DNA from: Candidatus Nomurabacteria bacterium
GTDB lineage: Bacteria; Patescibacteriota; Minisyncoccia; Phycocordibacterales; UBA5272
Reading direction: 5' to 3'
DNA length: 64,000 nucleotides
NCBI GenBank assembly: GCA_028286645.1
Contig: JAQBRF010000004.1
Location: 18,830 to 82,829 of the forward strand
Made by a program: the position numbers and the translations under genes. Shown here one piece after another: positions 9,472-18,351 of this stretch (its first letter is position 1; each line of letters starts with the position of its first letter). The notes below the pieces were generated by a model, which was not told the origin of the DNA, ran no database searches, and was given only the letters and a program-made list of their open reading frames with translations.

Positions 9472-10014
9472 ATGAAAAAAGCGTATAAAAAGATAATATT
9501 TTTTGATGGAGATGGAACGATTTGGTACCCAAAGAAAACAAAGCGCACCGTAGAGCCACACTTAATATATAAAGATGTGTCTATAAGAGATAATAACCAC
9601 CATCTGCACTTAATGCTCACTCCGAAAGTCATAGAAACTCTTCAAGAATTAAAAAGACGCGGAGTTCTGATTGTTTTAGTTTCTACGTATCCACATCAAA
9701 AGAAAGAGGCAGATTTAATTTTAAATAAGAAGGTAAAGCATTTTAACTTAGAGAAAGTTTTCGATGGTATATATACAGCAAGAGACTATCAAGAGGGGAA
9801 GGGTGAAATAATAATGAATGTCTTAAAGAAATATAAACTGCCTAAAGCAAGAGCTGTTATATTAGGAGATAGTTACAGAAGAGACTATTTATCTGCGAAA
9901 CGAATAGGTGTGGACGCTTACTTAATCGAGACTATATATATGAAAGGAAGGCCAAGGGCAAACAATGAAAAATATATTATAAAAGAAGTAGAGGATTTAC
10001 TCAATATAATTTAG
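9472..10014 (+). CDS. HAD-superfamily phosphatase-like protein
   Basis: DxDGT motif (IIFFDGDGTIW) and a later GDS..D motif. Confidence 0.5.
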   Translation: MKKAYKKIIFFDGDGTIWYPKKTKRTVEPHLIYKDVSIRDNNHHLHLMLTPKVIETLQELKRRGVLIVLVSTYPHQKKEADLILNKKVKHFNLEKVFDGIYTARDYQEGKGEIIMNVLKKYKLPKARAVILGDSYRRDYLSAKRIGVDAYLIETIYMKGRPRANNEKYIIKEVEDLLNII

Positions 10015-10025
10015 ACCCACTTCCT

Positions 10026-10070
10026 CACATAAAAATTCTTTCGAGGAGAGAGGAGGTTTTTTAATTTTGG
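10026..10070 (+). repeat. R1 repeat copy 2 (more diverged)
   Basis: Seen in sequence. Confidence 0.5.
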
Positions 10071-10162
10071 AAAATATTATAAAACAATTTTCTTGACTTT
10101 TGTTTTAAATATGGTTGAATTATGGAAAGCTTCACTTGTTCAATCTTTTAGAGAGGTCCTGT

Positions 10163-10543
10163 ATGCTCAGCTTAATCAATACGTTTGTCTGGTACGGGCT
10201 CTGCCTATTTCTGGTGGGACTGATCTCTTACACGATCCTGGGCAGGGAGTGGAAAGAAGGAACTTCCGACTGGTCTACTTACGCCTGCCTCATCCCAAGC
10301 TGTGTGGCGCTGGTTGCGTTTATTGTTACCCCGTTTTTCATAGAGATAGGGGTGACACGCTGGCCGGAGTTTGACACGGCAGATGTTCGTCATTTGGCGC
10401 TGTTCTGGTGCACAAATGAACTACCACCCGAGCAGCTCATCTTCGCGTTGGGTGTCATTGGAATGGCCGTAGCGGTGGGAGTGATCTTTACCGCTACCAT
10501 CGCCCGGATTGGCTCCCTCCGATCGAGAGAATGCGGCGACTAG
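10163..10543 (+). CDS. Hypothetical small membrane protein, high-GC cassette
   Basis: SD AGAGAGG 6 nt before the ATG. 3-4 TM. GC about 55-60%. Terminator at 10572-10608. Confidence 0.45.
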   Translation: MLSLINTFVWYGLCLFLVGLISYTILGREWKEGTSDWSTYACLIPSCVALVAFIVTPFFIEIGVTRWPEFDTADVRHLALFWCTNELPPEQLIFALGVIGMAVAVGVIFTATIARIGSLRSRECGD

Positions 10544-10571
10544 GTCGATCAGTGGGTAAGAAAGATCAGGA

Positions 10572-10608
10572 CAGGGCCTGCGACAGAGATGTCGCGGGCC
10601 TATTTTTT
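10572..10608 (+). terminator. Intrinsic terminator (GGGCCTGCGAC..GTCGCGGGCC + T6)
   Basis: Seen in sequence. Confidence 0.5.
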
Positions 10609-10658
10609 ACATAAAAACTCTTTTCGATGAGAGTGGAGAATTTTTTAGCTTTGGATTT
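10604..10658 (+). repeat. R1 repeat copy 3
   Basis: Seen in sequence. Confidence 0.6.
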
Positions 10659-10662
10659 ATAT

Positions 10663-10880
10663 AAAAAAGAAATAGGGACGCGATCTTCCGATCGCGCCCC
10701 ATGGGGGTTTAGTGGTTCTATGCGATAACCCCCTTTATCGGTCCTCAGACACACGTCTGCATCTGCCGTAATGGTCAGTCTCCGTAGACCGTCCGTTCCT
10801 GTCCTAAATTACGGTTAAGGAATTATAGTGAGAATGAGATTTTCGGCCTATATTGCACCGAGACGGAACTCATCCCCAAA
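10663..10880 (-). ncRNA. Candidate small RNA (~210 nt): promoter TTGACA-17-TAATAT (10887-10915, minus) to terminator hairpin 10675-10700 + T-run
   Basis: Only tiny ORFs inside. Promoter and terminator as stated. Confidence 0.25.
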
Positions 10881-10941
10881 GAACAGCTGCATATTTATAT
10901 TAACTCCGGCGGTGGGATTTGTCAATAGGTGCGTATTTTAG

Positions 10942-10970
10942 TAAAAAAAAGACGGCTCGGGTGAGCCGCC
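10942..10970 (-). terminator. Intrinsic terminator for the 11023..11442 gene (8-bp stem + T8)
   Basis: Minus-strand read: GGCGGCTCacccGAGCCGTCtttttttt. Confidence 0.5.
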
Positions 10971-11022
10971 TGGGAAGGGGGAGAAGGGAGAGGGGATTGG
11001 GGAACTAGGGATGTTGGACGAG

Positions 11023-11442
11023 TTACACCCAGAAGTATTTCATCGCGTTAAGCTCGGCGTGGATTTCGCCAGCGTACTTGCAGGCAAGGTCGATGAAATC
11101 TTCGTCGTTCGGAGCGAGGGCGAGCATCTGAGGAAGACCGCATTGGAAAAATGCGACGAGCGCCTCCAATCGGGATCGACGAGCATTGCGCTCACTCTCT
11201 TTTTCCAGATCTTCATCGACGTCCTTGGTCACCTCATCGATGTATTTCTCGTAGGCACTGGCGGCGACCACGAACTCCAGATTCATCTCTGTGCCGAATT
11301 TCATCGCGATGTAAGCGGCTTCCGCGGGAGCCAGGAAGTTGACGAACTGATTCCCGAATTCTTCTCTGAATGCCCTCGCCATCCTTTTCAGCTCTTCTTC
11401 GTTGCGAGGTGCGCCTTTCTCTTCGTATGCTTGGTTAACCAT
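11023..11442 (-). CDS. Hypothetical acidic protein, high-GC cassette
   Basis: SD AAGGAGA before the ATG, a terminator downstream, and GC-rich sequence. Confidence 0.45.
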   Translation of the reverse strand: MVNQAYEEKGAPRNEEELKRMARAFREEFGNQFVNFLAPAEAAYIAMKFGTEMNLEFVVAASAYEKYIDEVTKDVDEDLEKESERNARRSRLEALVAFFQCGLPQMLALAPNDEDFIDLACKYAGEIHAELNAMKYFWV

Positions 11443-11516
11443 ACTCTTCTCCTTGAGGGTTGTGCAATCATTAAAACACTACAATTCTTTTGTGAAAAAG
11501 TCAATCTTCTAACTTA

Positions 11517-11573
11517 TTCACATAAAAACTCTTTTCGAGGAGGGTGGAGAGCTTTTTAGCTTTGGATTTTGGA
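11517..11573 (+). repeat. R1 repeat copy 4
   Basis: Seen in sequence. Confidence 0.6.
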
Positions 11574-11739
11574 AAATAAAAAGGGCGGGACCACTTGGGA
11601 TCCCGCCCGCTTTGCTACGTTCTCTGCGTGAGGTTCGCAGTCATTCGTAAAATGGGTTTAGTTTCACCTGGGGGCCTCAAGCTTTCCCAGTAGATGGCCT
11701 CAAGAGCGGCGGATGTTTCACCCGTCATTGCCCAGCCAT
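11572..11739 (-). ncRNA. Candidate small RNA (~170 nt): promoter TTGACA-16-TATACT (11746-11773, minus) to terminator GGGCGGGA..TCCCGCCC + T-run (11571-11609)
   Basis: No ORF inside. The promoter spacer carries a CATATGCT/AGCATATG palindrome. Confidence 0.3.
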
Positions 11740-11818
11740 ATGCTCAGTATAGCATATGTAAGGAGTTTGTCAAGTAGTACAAAACCTTTATTTTAAAGGG
11801 TTTTGATATACTGCAAAT

Positions 11819-12076
11819 ATGGGAAACTTATACGAAAATGGGAAGGTAAAAATAAATGCACAATCACTCGTTCTAATCATCCAGGCAGTTGACAGCGAAA
11901 TTCAGAGATTGAAGCGCACGCCGACTGACGAAATGGTGCTCGAGGATTATCAATTTTTAGAAGATTATATTAATGTAGCGGAAGAACTAGAAGAGATCTA
12001 TAAAGAAGCACAAAAGGAAGTAATGAATCTTCCTGTTTACGATAGGCTCGTAGATAAAAAACCAAAGAGTGCATAA
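11819..12076 (+). CDS. Hypothetical small acidic protein. Likely leaderless mRNA, since the extended -10 TGATATACT ends 6 nt before the ATG
   Basis: AT-rich gene with the TGaTATACT element at 11804-11812. Confidence 0.4.
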   Translation: MGNLYENGKVKINAQSLVLIIQAVDSEIQRLKRTPTDEMVLEDYQFLEDYINVAEELEEIYKEAQKEVMNLPVYDRLVDKKPKSA

Positions 12077-12466
12077 ATAGCTTTTCACAATGAAATTGGT
12101 ACTTATACTTAAGATATAATTATAAATATATGGAAAATACACAAAGGGGAAATTTTGGTCCAGGAGGACGAGGTGAAGATAAATATAGATTTCCGCCAGA
12201 AGTAAACGAGGGTGGCTTACAAAAACCAGCCATTGATATAGGCGAGGAATTTAGTCATTTAAACGGCATTGTTCCTTAAGGGTTTACGGGAAATAATACG
12301 GAAACAGAGGAAGATCCAGTATCTTCTGATGTGGCATATATTGAAGGACCAGACGAATATAGGAAGAGAGGATCAATGTAATTGACTTCACCCGTTTAAA
12401 CTGGCAGAGTGAAGTGGAATAACCAGAAATAAATATCTGGTTCAATAACATTGCGAGGATAAAGAC

Positions 12467-12874
12467 ATGGAAGCGGGAATTTTTGCAATTATTTCGTTGT
12501 TTACGCTCTTCCGTTTCGGAAGGACGTTAGGGCGAATATATGTCGGGGCGGAGGATTGGCTGGGTGTTCTCACGTGGATTTTCGGAACAGCCTCCTTCGT
12601 GCTTTCAACTCAAAGTCTGATAGTTGTGATATGGGAGCTCCTAGGCAGCTTTTCACCTTTCTACATCGGTGATAAAGGCCTGTTGTACTGCCTTTCTTGG
12701 GGATGGATGGCTCCGTGGAAAGGGCTGGACATTTTCGTGGCCCAGAGTATTATCCTGGGTGCATTAACTATCTCTTGCACGATGCTTTTGGGGGCTATCT
12801 CGTATTACGCTGTACGGGGACTGCCAGTGCGTGAGCCTTTTGTTTCCAAAGATTCCAATTTCGTTGTACGTTGA
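12467..12874 (+). CDS. Hypothetical membrane protein, high-GC cassette
   Basis: SD GAGGA before the ATG. About 4 TM. Confidence 0.4.
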   Translation: MEAGIFAIISLFTLFRFGRTLGRIYVGAEDWLGVLTWIFGTASFVLSTQSLIVVIWELLGSFSPFYIGDKGLLYCLSWGWMAPWKGLDIFVAQSIILGALTISCTMLLGAISYYAVRGLPVREPFVSKDSNFVVR

Positions 12875-13000
12875 TCCGCGGCGCGCAAGCGTTGCGGTTT
12901 TATTATTGATTTGACTTAATTAGATATAGCTGGCAGAGTATGATTGAGCCACTGGCTTTGATTAGCCGGTATTTATGAATCACTTACAGGAGGAAGTTTC

Positions 13001-13396
13001 ATGGATGAGTATGGATGGTTGTGGGGTCTTTCGTTTATGGGCAATTTCTTCATCCTTATCGTGGTTGCGAGAGCGGTATGGGTGAAATCGCAGAAAAGGA
13101 TTGATGTTGGCATAGCCTTTGCCATCGCATCAATTATCGCTTTTGCGGGGATTACGTACTGCGCGGCCTACGTGCTTTTCTGGGCCGGCTACGCACTTAT
13201 GCCGCACGACATCACCAAGGAGATGCTCGAGGCGGTGGCAAATTTCCAGTTCTCGCATCTGACTGGTCGTGACCTTACGATATCGATCGCGCTCGGATTG
13301 ATCGCCCTAGGGATCAGCTTGGCGATCGTGATCTCGGTCATAAGGGGGGCCATAAAACAGCCGTCGAGAATCGGCAAACCAATCAGGGTCACATAG
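13001..13396 (+). CDS. Hypothetical membrane protein, high-GC cassette
   Basis: SD AGGAGGA before the ATG. About 4 TM. Terminator CCGCGGCGAACAAGCCGCGG + T at 13405-13440. Confidence 0.45.
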   Translation: MDEYGWLWGLSFMGNFFILIVVARAVWVKSQKRIDVGIAFAIASIIAFAGITYCAAYVLFWAGYALMPHDITKEMLEAVANFQFSHLTGRDLTISIALGLIALGISLAIVISVIRGAIKQPSRIGKPIRVT

Positions 13397-13623
13397 GTGT
13401 GACGAGGGCCGCGGCGAACAAGCCGCGGATTTTTTATATAAAACAAGCACCGCCCACAATAGACGGCACTTTCGGTTCTTTCATAATTAGTTTACCATTA
13501 ACTTCTTCTTTAATTTGATCGTGTGGATAGATTTTCCCTTATCCTTTGACTCGAAAAATCAGGAGGAGTACGCTTATAAATGAGCAGCACAAACATGTTC
13601 TAGCACTCGGAGGAGTGAGCAAT

Positions 13624-13923
13624 ATGGGAAAGTCGGATAAAACGGCCCTGGCAACAGGTTTGCAGTTTCTCAGCAATGTGAGGGTCATCAACAGGAACTT
13701 CGTAGGTGATCCGCCAAGCCTTCAGCCTGGGAAACCTGGGATTGAATTTTTCCTTGAATTTCTCGCAGCGCGGAAGGTCACCTTCGAAATGTGCGAGATC
13801 ATCCCGGGGAACGGAGGCAGAGAAATCACCATCCGCGCTACGGGCTGCCCGGAGGCGCTCGAGCTCCTGGGTGAAAGCGGCGAAGGACGCCGTCATGATT
13901 GGGCTTTTCGAGTCACGCATTGA
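13624..13923 (+). CDS. Hypothetical protein, high-GC cassette (start moved to the internal Met that carries a GGAGGAG SD)
   Basis: GGAGGAGtgagcaatATG. A strong bidirectional terminator lies at 14003-14047. The overlapping minus-strand ORF 13600..13998 is the alternative. Confidence 0.3.
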   Translation: MGKSDKTALATGLQFLSNVRVINRNFVGDPPSLQPGKPGIEFFLEFLAARKVTFEMCEIIPGNGGREITIRATGCPEALELLGESGEGRRHDWAFRVTH

Positions 13924-14070
13924 GTTCGAAAGCCCGGACAGAAGCTGATATGGCCAGGTCTCTGCAAGCGAAAGCTGCAGAGACCTTTTATTTGACATAA
14001 GAAAAACAAGAGCGTAAATTAAAATAGTACGCTCTTGTTTTTCCTAGAGCCCTAACTCAAGGAGGATATT

Positions 14071-14319
14071 TTGCCTGAAAGCACCTTACCGAAAGTTCCG
14101 AGAAGTGCGCCTGAACATCCCGATGACGTCGAGGTCTCACACGAAGGGGAGTGGATCGCCCTGTTATTTCATCCGAAAATGATTCTTGAGCCGACAAGCT
14201 ACACATTCGAGGTGGACTCATCCTCTAAGCTGCAAGTTTTCGTCGGCGGATGGCTGGTCGTTGAGTTCGAAAGCCGGGAATGGGTAGTATTTCGTACGTC
14301 CAAGCAGGCTGCCGCGTAA
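14071..14319 (+). CDS. Hypothetical protein, high-GC cassette (TTG start after AAGGAGG)
   Basis: SD and spacing. Terminator at 14337-14367. Confidence 0.35.
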   Translation: MPESTLPKVPRSAPEHPDDVEVSHEGEWIALLFHPKMILEPTSYTFEVDSSSKLQVFVGGWLVVEFESREWVVFRTSKQAAA

Positions 14320-14435
14320 TAAGCGGAACTTGTACTCCGTGGCTCCGCAAGGAGCCACGGTTTTTCTTTGACCTAGAAGTTGCTTTGTAGTACAGTTATA
14401 AAGATTTATTGTTCAACTAACCAGAGGAAACTCAA

Positions 14436-14747
14436 GTGGACGACGACATGATGGACCGTTTCGGAATTGTGGACAAGGGAGGTTGGTCAGATGGAGAGGG
14501 GTGCCTGTCAAACCGGGATCCTGAGGCTCATCAATTGATCGAAGTCGGTCAGTGCAGGTTTGAAAAACTGGTCGATAACGTTCCTAAAGAGGAGTGGATA
14601 GCCCTCGATGCTTTCATCCACGAGTGCGGATTCCCGCTTGCGTCGACCAAGGTTCTGATAACCCCTGCTGACCTGAAGGGGCGACTCTATATACGATGCG
14701 GAGAGAAACAGATTTGTCTCATAACAGGCAAATGGCGGTATGCGTAA
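14436..14747 (+). CDS. Hypothetical protein, high-GC cassette
   Basis: Terminator CTGGGAGC..GCTCCCAG + T8 at 14756-14790. Confidence 0.35.
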   Translation: MDDDMMDRFGIVDKGGWSDGEGCLSNRDPEAHQLIEVGQCRFEKLVDNVPKEEWIALDAFIHECGFPLASTKVLITPADLKGRLYIRCGEKQICLITGKWRYA

Positions 14748-14865
14748 TACCACACTGGGAGCAAGGAAAGCTCCCAGGTTTTTTATTTTTATATTGACTG
14801 GACATATTTAAGGCGCTAAAGTTATAAAGATTGGTCTTTTTGCAATGAACCTTTGTGGAGGATTT

Positions 14866-15420
14866 ATGACGAAACCAATTCTTACGATTGTCCCGCAGCT
14901 CGAAGTAAGAAGGGGTGGAGGAGAACCTCCTCCGCTCCTTGATAAACAGCTTCGGGTGGATGAGACTCCGCCAGCGGCGGCTGATCAAGCCGAGGCAGAG
15001 CCTGATTTCCAAGGAAAGGCAACATCAAGCCCTGACGACGTCCAATCCTTGGGCGATGTTTCAGAGGCCAGTGATGCAGAATCGGCTCAGGTTTCTCCCG
15101 GCGAATTGTGGCGAAAAGATCGCGAGGAAGCATGGAGACTTTACCAGGAAAGTAAAGCGCGCATCAGCCTATCGGATCCGATAAAGTCAGGGATTCCAGC
15201 GGAGTCGGTGATCATTTATTGGACTGACTCGGAGCCGCGGACAAAAATGACCGGCGAAGATGTGATCAATGAAAGTCTCGAGCGCGTAGAAGGAGATCGG
15301 TTCGTAGAGATCAGCACTACAGGAGAATCGAAAAAAGGTGTATGCTTCATTTTCACCTATTCTCACCGGTTCCCGTTTTTCAGGTTTTTCGCACCTGAGG
15401 TCTGCGAAATAAAAAAATAA
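14866..15420 (+). CDS. Hypothetical acidic low-complexity protein, high-GC cassette
   Basis: GGAGGAtttATG. Terminator CCGCGGCTGGAGGGCCGCGG + T-run at 15431-15462. Confidence 0.4.
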   Translation: MTKPILTIVPQLEVRRGGGEPPPLLDKQLRVDETPPAAADQAEAEPDFQGKATSSPDDVQSLGDVSEASDAESAQVSPGELWRKDREEAWRLYQESKARISLSDPIKSGIPAESVIIYWTDSEPRTKMTGEDVINESLERVEGDRFVEISTTGESKKGVCFIFTYSHRFPFFRFFAPEVCEIKK

Positions 15421-15554
15421 GACAGAAATTCCGCGGCTGGAGGGCCGCGGTTTTATTTTTTCACATATCCTTTTTTGAATGTTGATGGTTATAGTATATT
15501 AATTAAGTACTGTTCTGTTTTTTCTTAACCGTTTCATTTTTAATAGAAGAGAAA

Positions 15555-15740
15555 ATGTCGGCAATAAAGAGACCTAAGTCCCCAGTTTTTCCTGAGGGAG
15601 ACGTGCTTCATATCGACGGACGGCTCCTCCAAACGCATAATGGACACAAAGCTACGCCTCCCCCAAAAGGAGGGGATGATTTTCCTGCTGTGCGAGTTTC
15701 TCCAAGCGGTCAAAGTGTCTACCGTTTCCGCCCGAAATGA
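15555..15740 (+). CDS. Hypothetical small protein, high-GC cassette
   Basis: Followed by the terminator GTGCGCAGCGCC-tac-GGCGCTGCGCAC + T7 at 15751-15786. Confidence 0.3.
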   Translation: MSAIKRPKSPVFPEGDVLHIDGRLLQTHNGHKATPPPKGGDDFPAVRVSPSGQSVYRFRPK

Positions 15741-15822
15741 AAGAGGCCAAGTGCGCAGCGCCTACGGCGCTGCGCACTTTTTTTAACTCGCCCTTAAATA
15801 CTCATTTGATATACTAACAACT

Positions 15823-16767
15823 ATGATTCATGTCTCAAATAGTCTTCCAGATATTGCGGTTCTTCGCGGAGGCAATGTTAATTTTAAGAAATCATTAGCA
15901 GAAGGGGGAGAAGTTCTACAATCGCTTATAAAAATCGGATATAACCCAATTGATGTATTAATTGATGAAGAAGGAAACTGGACAGCAAGCGGGATGCCAA
16001 CAGATGCTCACACAATTTTTACTCGTTCTCATACAGTAGTAGACACGACTAGAATGAAAAAAGAAAAGTATCAAGAACTTGCTAAAAATATGGGCATATC
16101 GCTTATATTCTCTCATGATGACGATATGACTATTGATAGAGAGGGGATGTATAGGATCTTAAGGCAGAAAGGATTTAAAGTTCCAGAAACAATTGTGGTG
16201 CGCTCATCTTTTCCGATAAAGCCGGAAATATTTCGGAAGATCTGGTCGACTTATCATACTCCTTTAATGGTGCGTCCTTTAGAATCGCATACTGGAGAAC
16301 CATCCAAGATCGTAAAACTATTTCAAGACTTAGAAAAGACAGTGAGAGATTATCATGAAAAGGGAATTGATGTACACGTGCTCACATACAAGAAGTCTCC
16401 CACTACTTCCATCGCCCTTATTCCAAACTTTCGGGGAGAAAAGATTTACACGCCTGTATGGGTGGAAACATTTGGAAGCTATGATGCTCCGCCAAATGAA
16501 AATTCTCCAATGCGCGCTCATATGCAAGCACCAGACTTTAGAAAGAAACAGGTGTGGGATTTTGCCACAAATGTTTATCAAGAACTTGGACTTAATGTTC
16601 CTGTTTGTATTGATATGGTGCCATATAAGGAAGGATATATAGTGGTAAATATAGACACTCATCCATCGCTACGTAACAATGGCAGATTTATGCAATCTCT
16701 TTTAACTACAGGAGTAGATGCTGGTCAATATATTCATTCGAGAGTGAAAGAGGAGTATGGGATATGA
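15823..16767 (+). CDS. D-alanine--D-alanine ligase-like ATP-grasp protein
   Basis: N-terminal IAVLRGG...SL.SG..V..SL...GY..IDVLIDEEGNW resembles Ddl. Length 314 aa. Terminator at 16810-16855. Confidence 0.4.
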   Translation: MIHVSNSLPDIAVLRGGNVNFKKSLAEGGEVLQSLIKIGYNPIDVLIDEEGNWTASGMPTDAHTIFTRSHTVVDTTRMKKEKYQELAKNMGISLIFSHDDDMTIDREGMYRILRQKGFKVPETIVVRSSFPIKPEIFRKIWSTYHTPLMVRPLESHTGEPSKIVKLFQDLEKTVRDYHEKGIDVHVLTYKKSPTTSIALIPNFRGEKIYTPVWVETFGSYDAPPNENSPMRAHMQAPDFRKKQVWDFATNVYQELGLNVPVCIDMVPYKEGYIVVNIDTHPSLRNNGRFMQSLLTTGVDAGQYIHSRVKEEYGI

Positions 16768-17130
16768 TAGATAAAAAGTAAGCTATTTTATTTGTGAGGA
16801 AAAAGAAAAGAACGCCCCTCTGGTAAGTATGGCGTTCTTCTCTTTTTGTTTCCCCTCCGCATTTCTGCTTCAGGAAGACGTCTTTGTTTGATGCGTTGGC
16901 GGTTGCTTCTTTACAGCTTCCGTTTTTGTTAGCATTACATATTGCTATGCATTGCTTCCAGTTGTTTTGAAGCCGCATCATGCTTTTTTATCGGCATTAT
17001 ACACTTCAAGAATTATCTTAAATTCTATCTATGAGTACTAAAAGCTGATAATTGAAACAACTGTCTGAGAAGTAGTGTAGCAATACTGCGTGATATACTC
17101 AAGTATATAAAAGAAAGTTATTCACACATT

Positions 17131-17526
17131 ATGTCATTCATCGGAAATATTCAAACATTGGTATACAGAAATGATAACTTCAGAGAAGTGGTTTTTACAG
17201 GTGAGAAATCTCAGCTTGTGGTTATGTCTATTCCACCGGGAACGGAGGTGGGGGAAGAAGTCCACGAACATGTGGAACAGACTCTTTATATTATAAGCGG
17301 ATTATGCCAGGCAGTTTTGGATGACAGAGTAACCGAAGTTAGCGGAGGAGATGTAATTGTGGTAACTCCCGGGACTAAACATAATTTTATAAATAACGGA
17401 ACAGAGACAGTTAAAATAATCAGCACCTACGCACCGCCGAATCACATAGACCATCGAGTGCATGTAACAATAGATGATGCAAAAGCTGATATTGAGGACG
17501 AAGACTTTGGAGACAGAGTGCAATAG
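17131..17526 (+). CDS. Cupin-domain protein
   Basis: Cupin-2 type motifs (G.E..EH.HV.EQTLYIISG and VVTPGTKHNFIN). Confidence 0.5.
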   Translation: MSFIGNIQTLVYRNDNFREVVFTGEKSQLVVMSIPPGTEVGEEVHEHVEQTLYIISGLCQAVLDDRVTEVSGGDVIVVTPGTKHNFINNGTETVKIISTYAPPNHIDHRVHVTIDDAKADIEDEDFGDRVQ

Positions 17527-17547
17527 TATCTGTCTAATATATTGTTA

Positions 17548-18246
17548 TTAATTTTTATCTTCAATTCCTAACTCAAGCAAAAGAGAGGAGATTTGTTTTG
17601 GAGATAAATAATGTATCGCCCCCGCTTTTAATCCATGACTTACAAATGATAGAATCCGAGTTCGCTTAAGAGATAGAATAGTAAGATTAAGCGCATTTAG
17701 CATTCGTCTGATTTCGTGCTTCTTACCTTCTGTTAACACAATTCGTAAAGATCTATTTTCACCGTACATTGTAACTGATTTAACTGGAGCATACGTTGCT
17801 TCACGGGTCCTGATGCCTTTCTTTAAAAGAGTGATTACTCGTGGCGTCATTTTTTCCCTCACTACCACCTCGTATTCTTTTTCTCTCCCATGCTTTGGAT
17901 TAAGTAGCGCATCCACGACTCTAAAATCATTTGTATATAATAAAAGGCCTTCGCTTTCCTTGTCTAATCGTCCGATGGGTTCGCATCCGGAAAGTTCATT
18001 TAGCCTGCCAGTTACTTCTCCTCGCTTCTTATAATAAAGCGCATAAATCAAATCTTTAGATGGATTGTCTATTTTTATAATATCTCCTGTTGCCACTTTG
18101 CTTCCCAGAGTTGCTGCCTTTCCATGGATAGTAATAAATTTATTTTTTATATATTCGTCAATTTCTCGTCGTGAGCCCACTCCTTGATCGCGGAGGTAGA
18201 TATTTATCCTTATAGGCGTTTTAGCATTAACCGTGATGATTTTCAT
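17548..18246 (-). CDS. rRNA pseudouridine synthase, RsuA/RluB family with an S4 domain
   Basis: GRLDKESEGLLLYTNDF catalytic motif and an N-terminal S4-like region. Confidence 0.7.
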   Translation of the reverse strand: MKIITVNAKTPIRINIYLRDQGVGSRREIDEYIKNKFITIHGKAATLGSKVATGDIIKIDNPSKDLIYALYYKKRGEVTGRLNELSGCEPIGRLDKESEGLLLYTNDFRVVDALLNPKHGREKEYEVVVREKMTPRVITLLKKGIRTREATYAPVKSVTMYGENRSLRIVLTEGKKHEIRRMLNALNLTILSLKRTRILSFVSHGLKAGAIHYLSPKQISSLLLELGIEDKN

Positions 18247-18351
18247 TGTTTTATGATTGTAGCATATTTGCTCATTCAGTTGTCATATCTGTGTCATATC
18301 TGGCTTATGACCATTTATATGCATAAAGTGAATGCAGTTAAGTGAAGGAGC

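Noticed and set aside
10566-10754. 62-aa minus-strand ORF containing KSKAKKFSTLIEKSFYV
   Set aside because: It is the translation of the R1 repeat plus two terminators. It has no start context and overlaps hairpins.
12130-12392. 49-aa ORF followed in-frame, after a TAA, by a protein-like 38-aa continuation (possible stop-codon readthrough or recoding)
   Set aside because: TAA is used as the genuine stop by most confident genes here (nrdA, the giant gene, rnc). There is no sign of stop reassignment elsewhere in the window. It is most likely chance.
13600-13998. 132-aa minus-strand ORF overlapping the plus-strand cassette gene 13624-13923
   Set aside because: The plus-strand ORF has a GGAGGAG SD and a downstream terminator. 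The minus-strand ORF would begin immediately after a strong terminator hairpin with no SD. It is kept as the less likely alternative.
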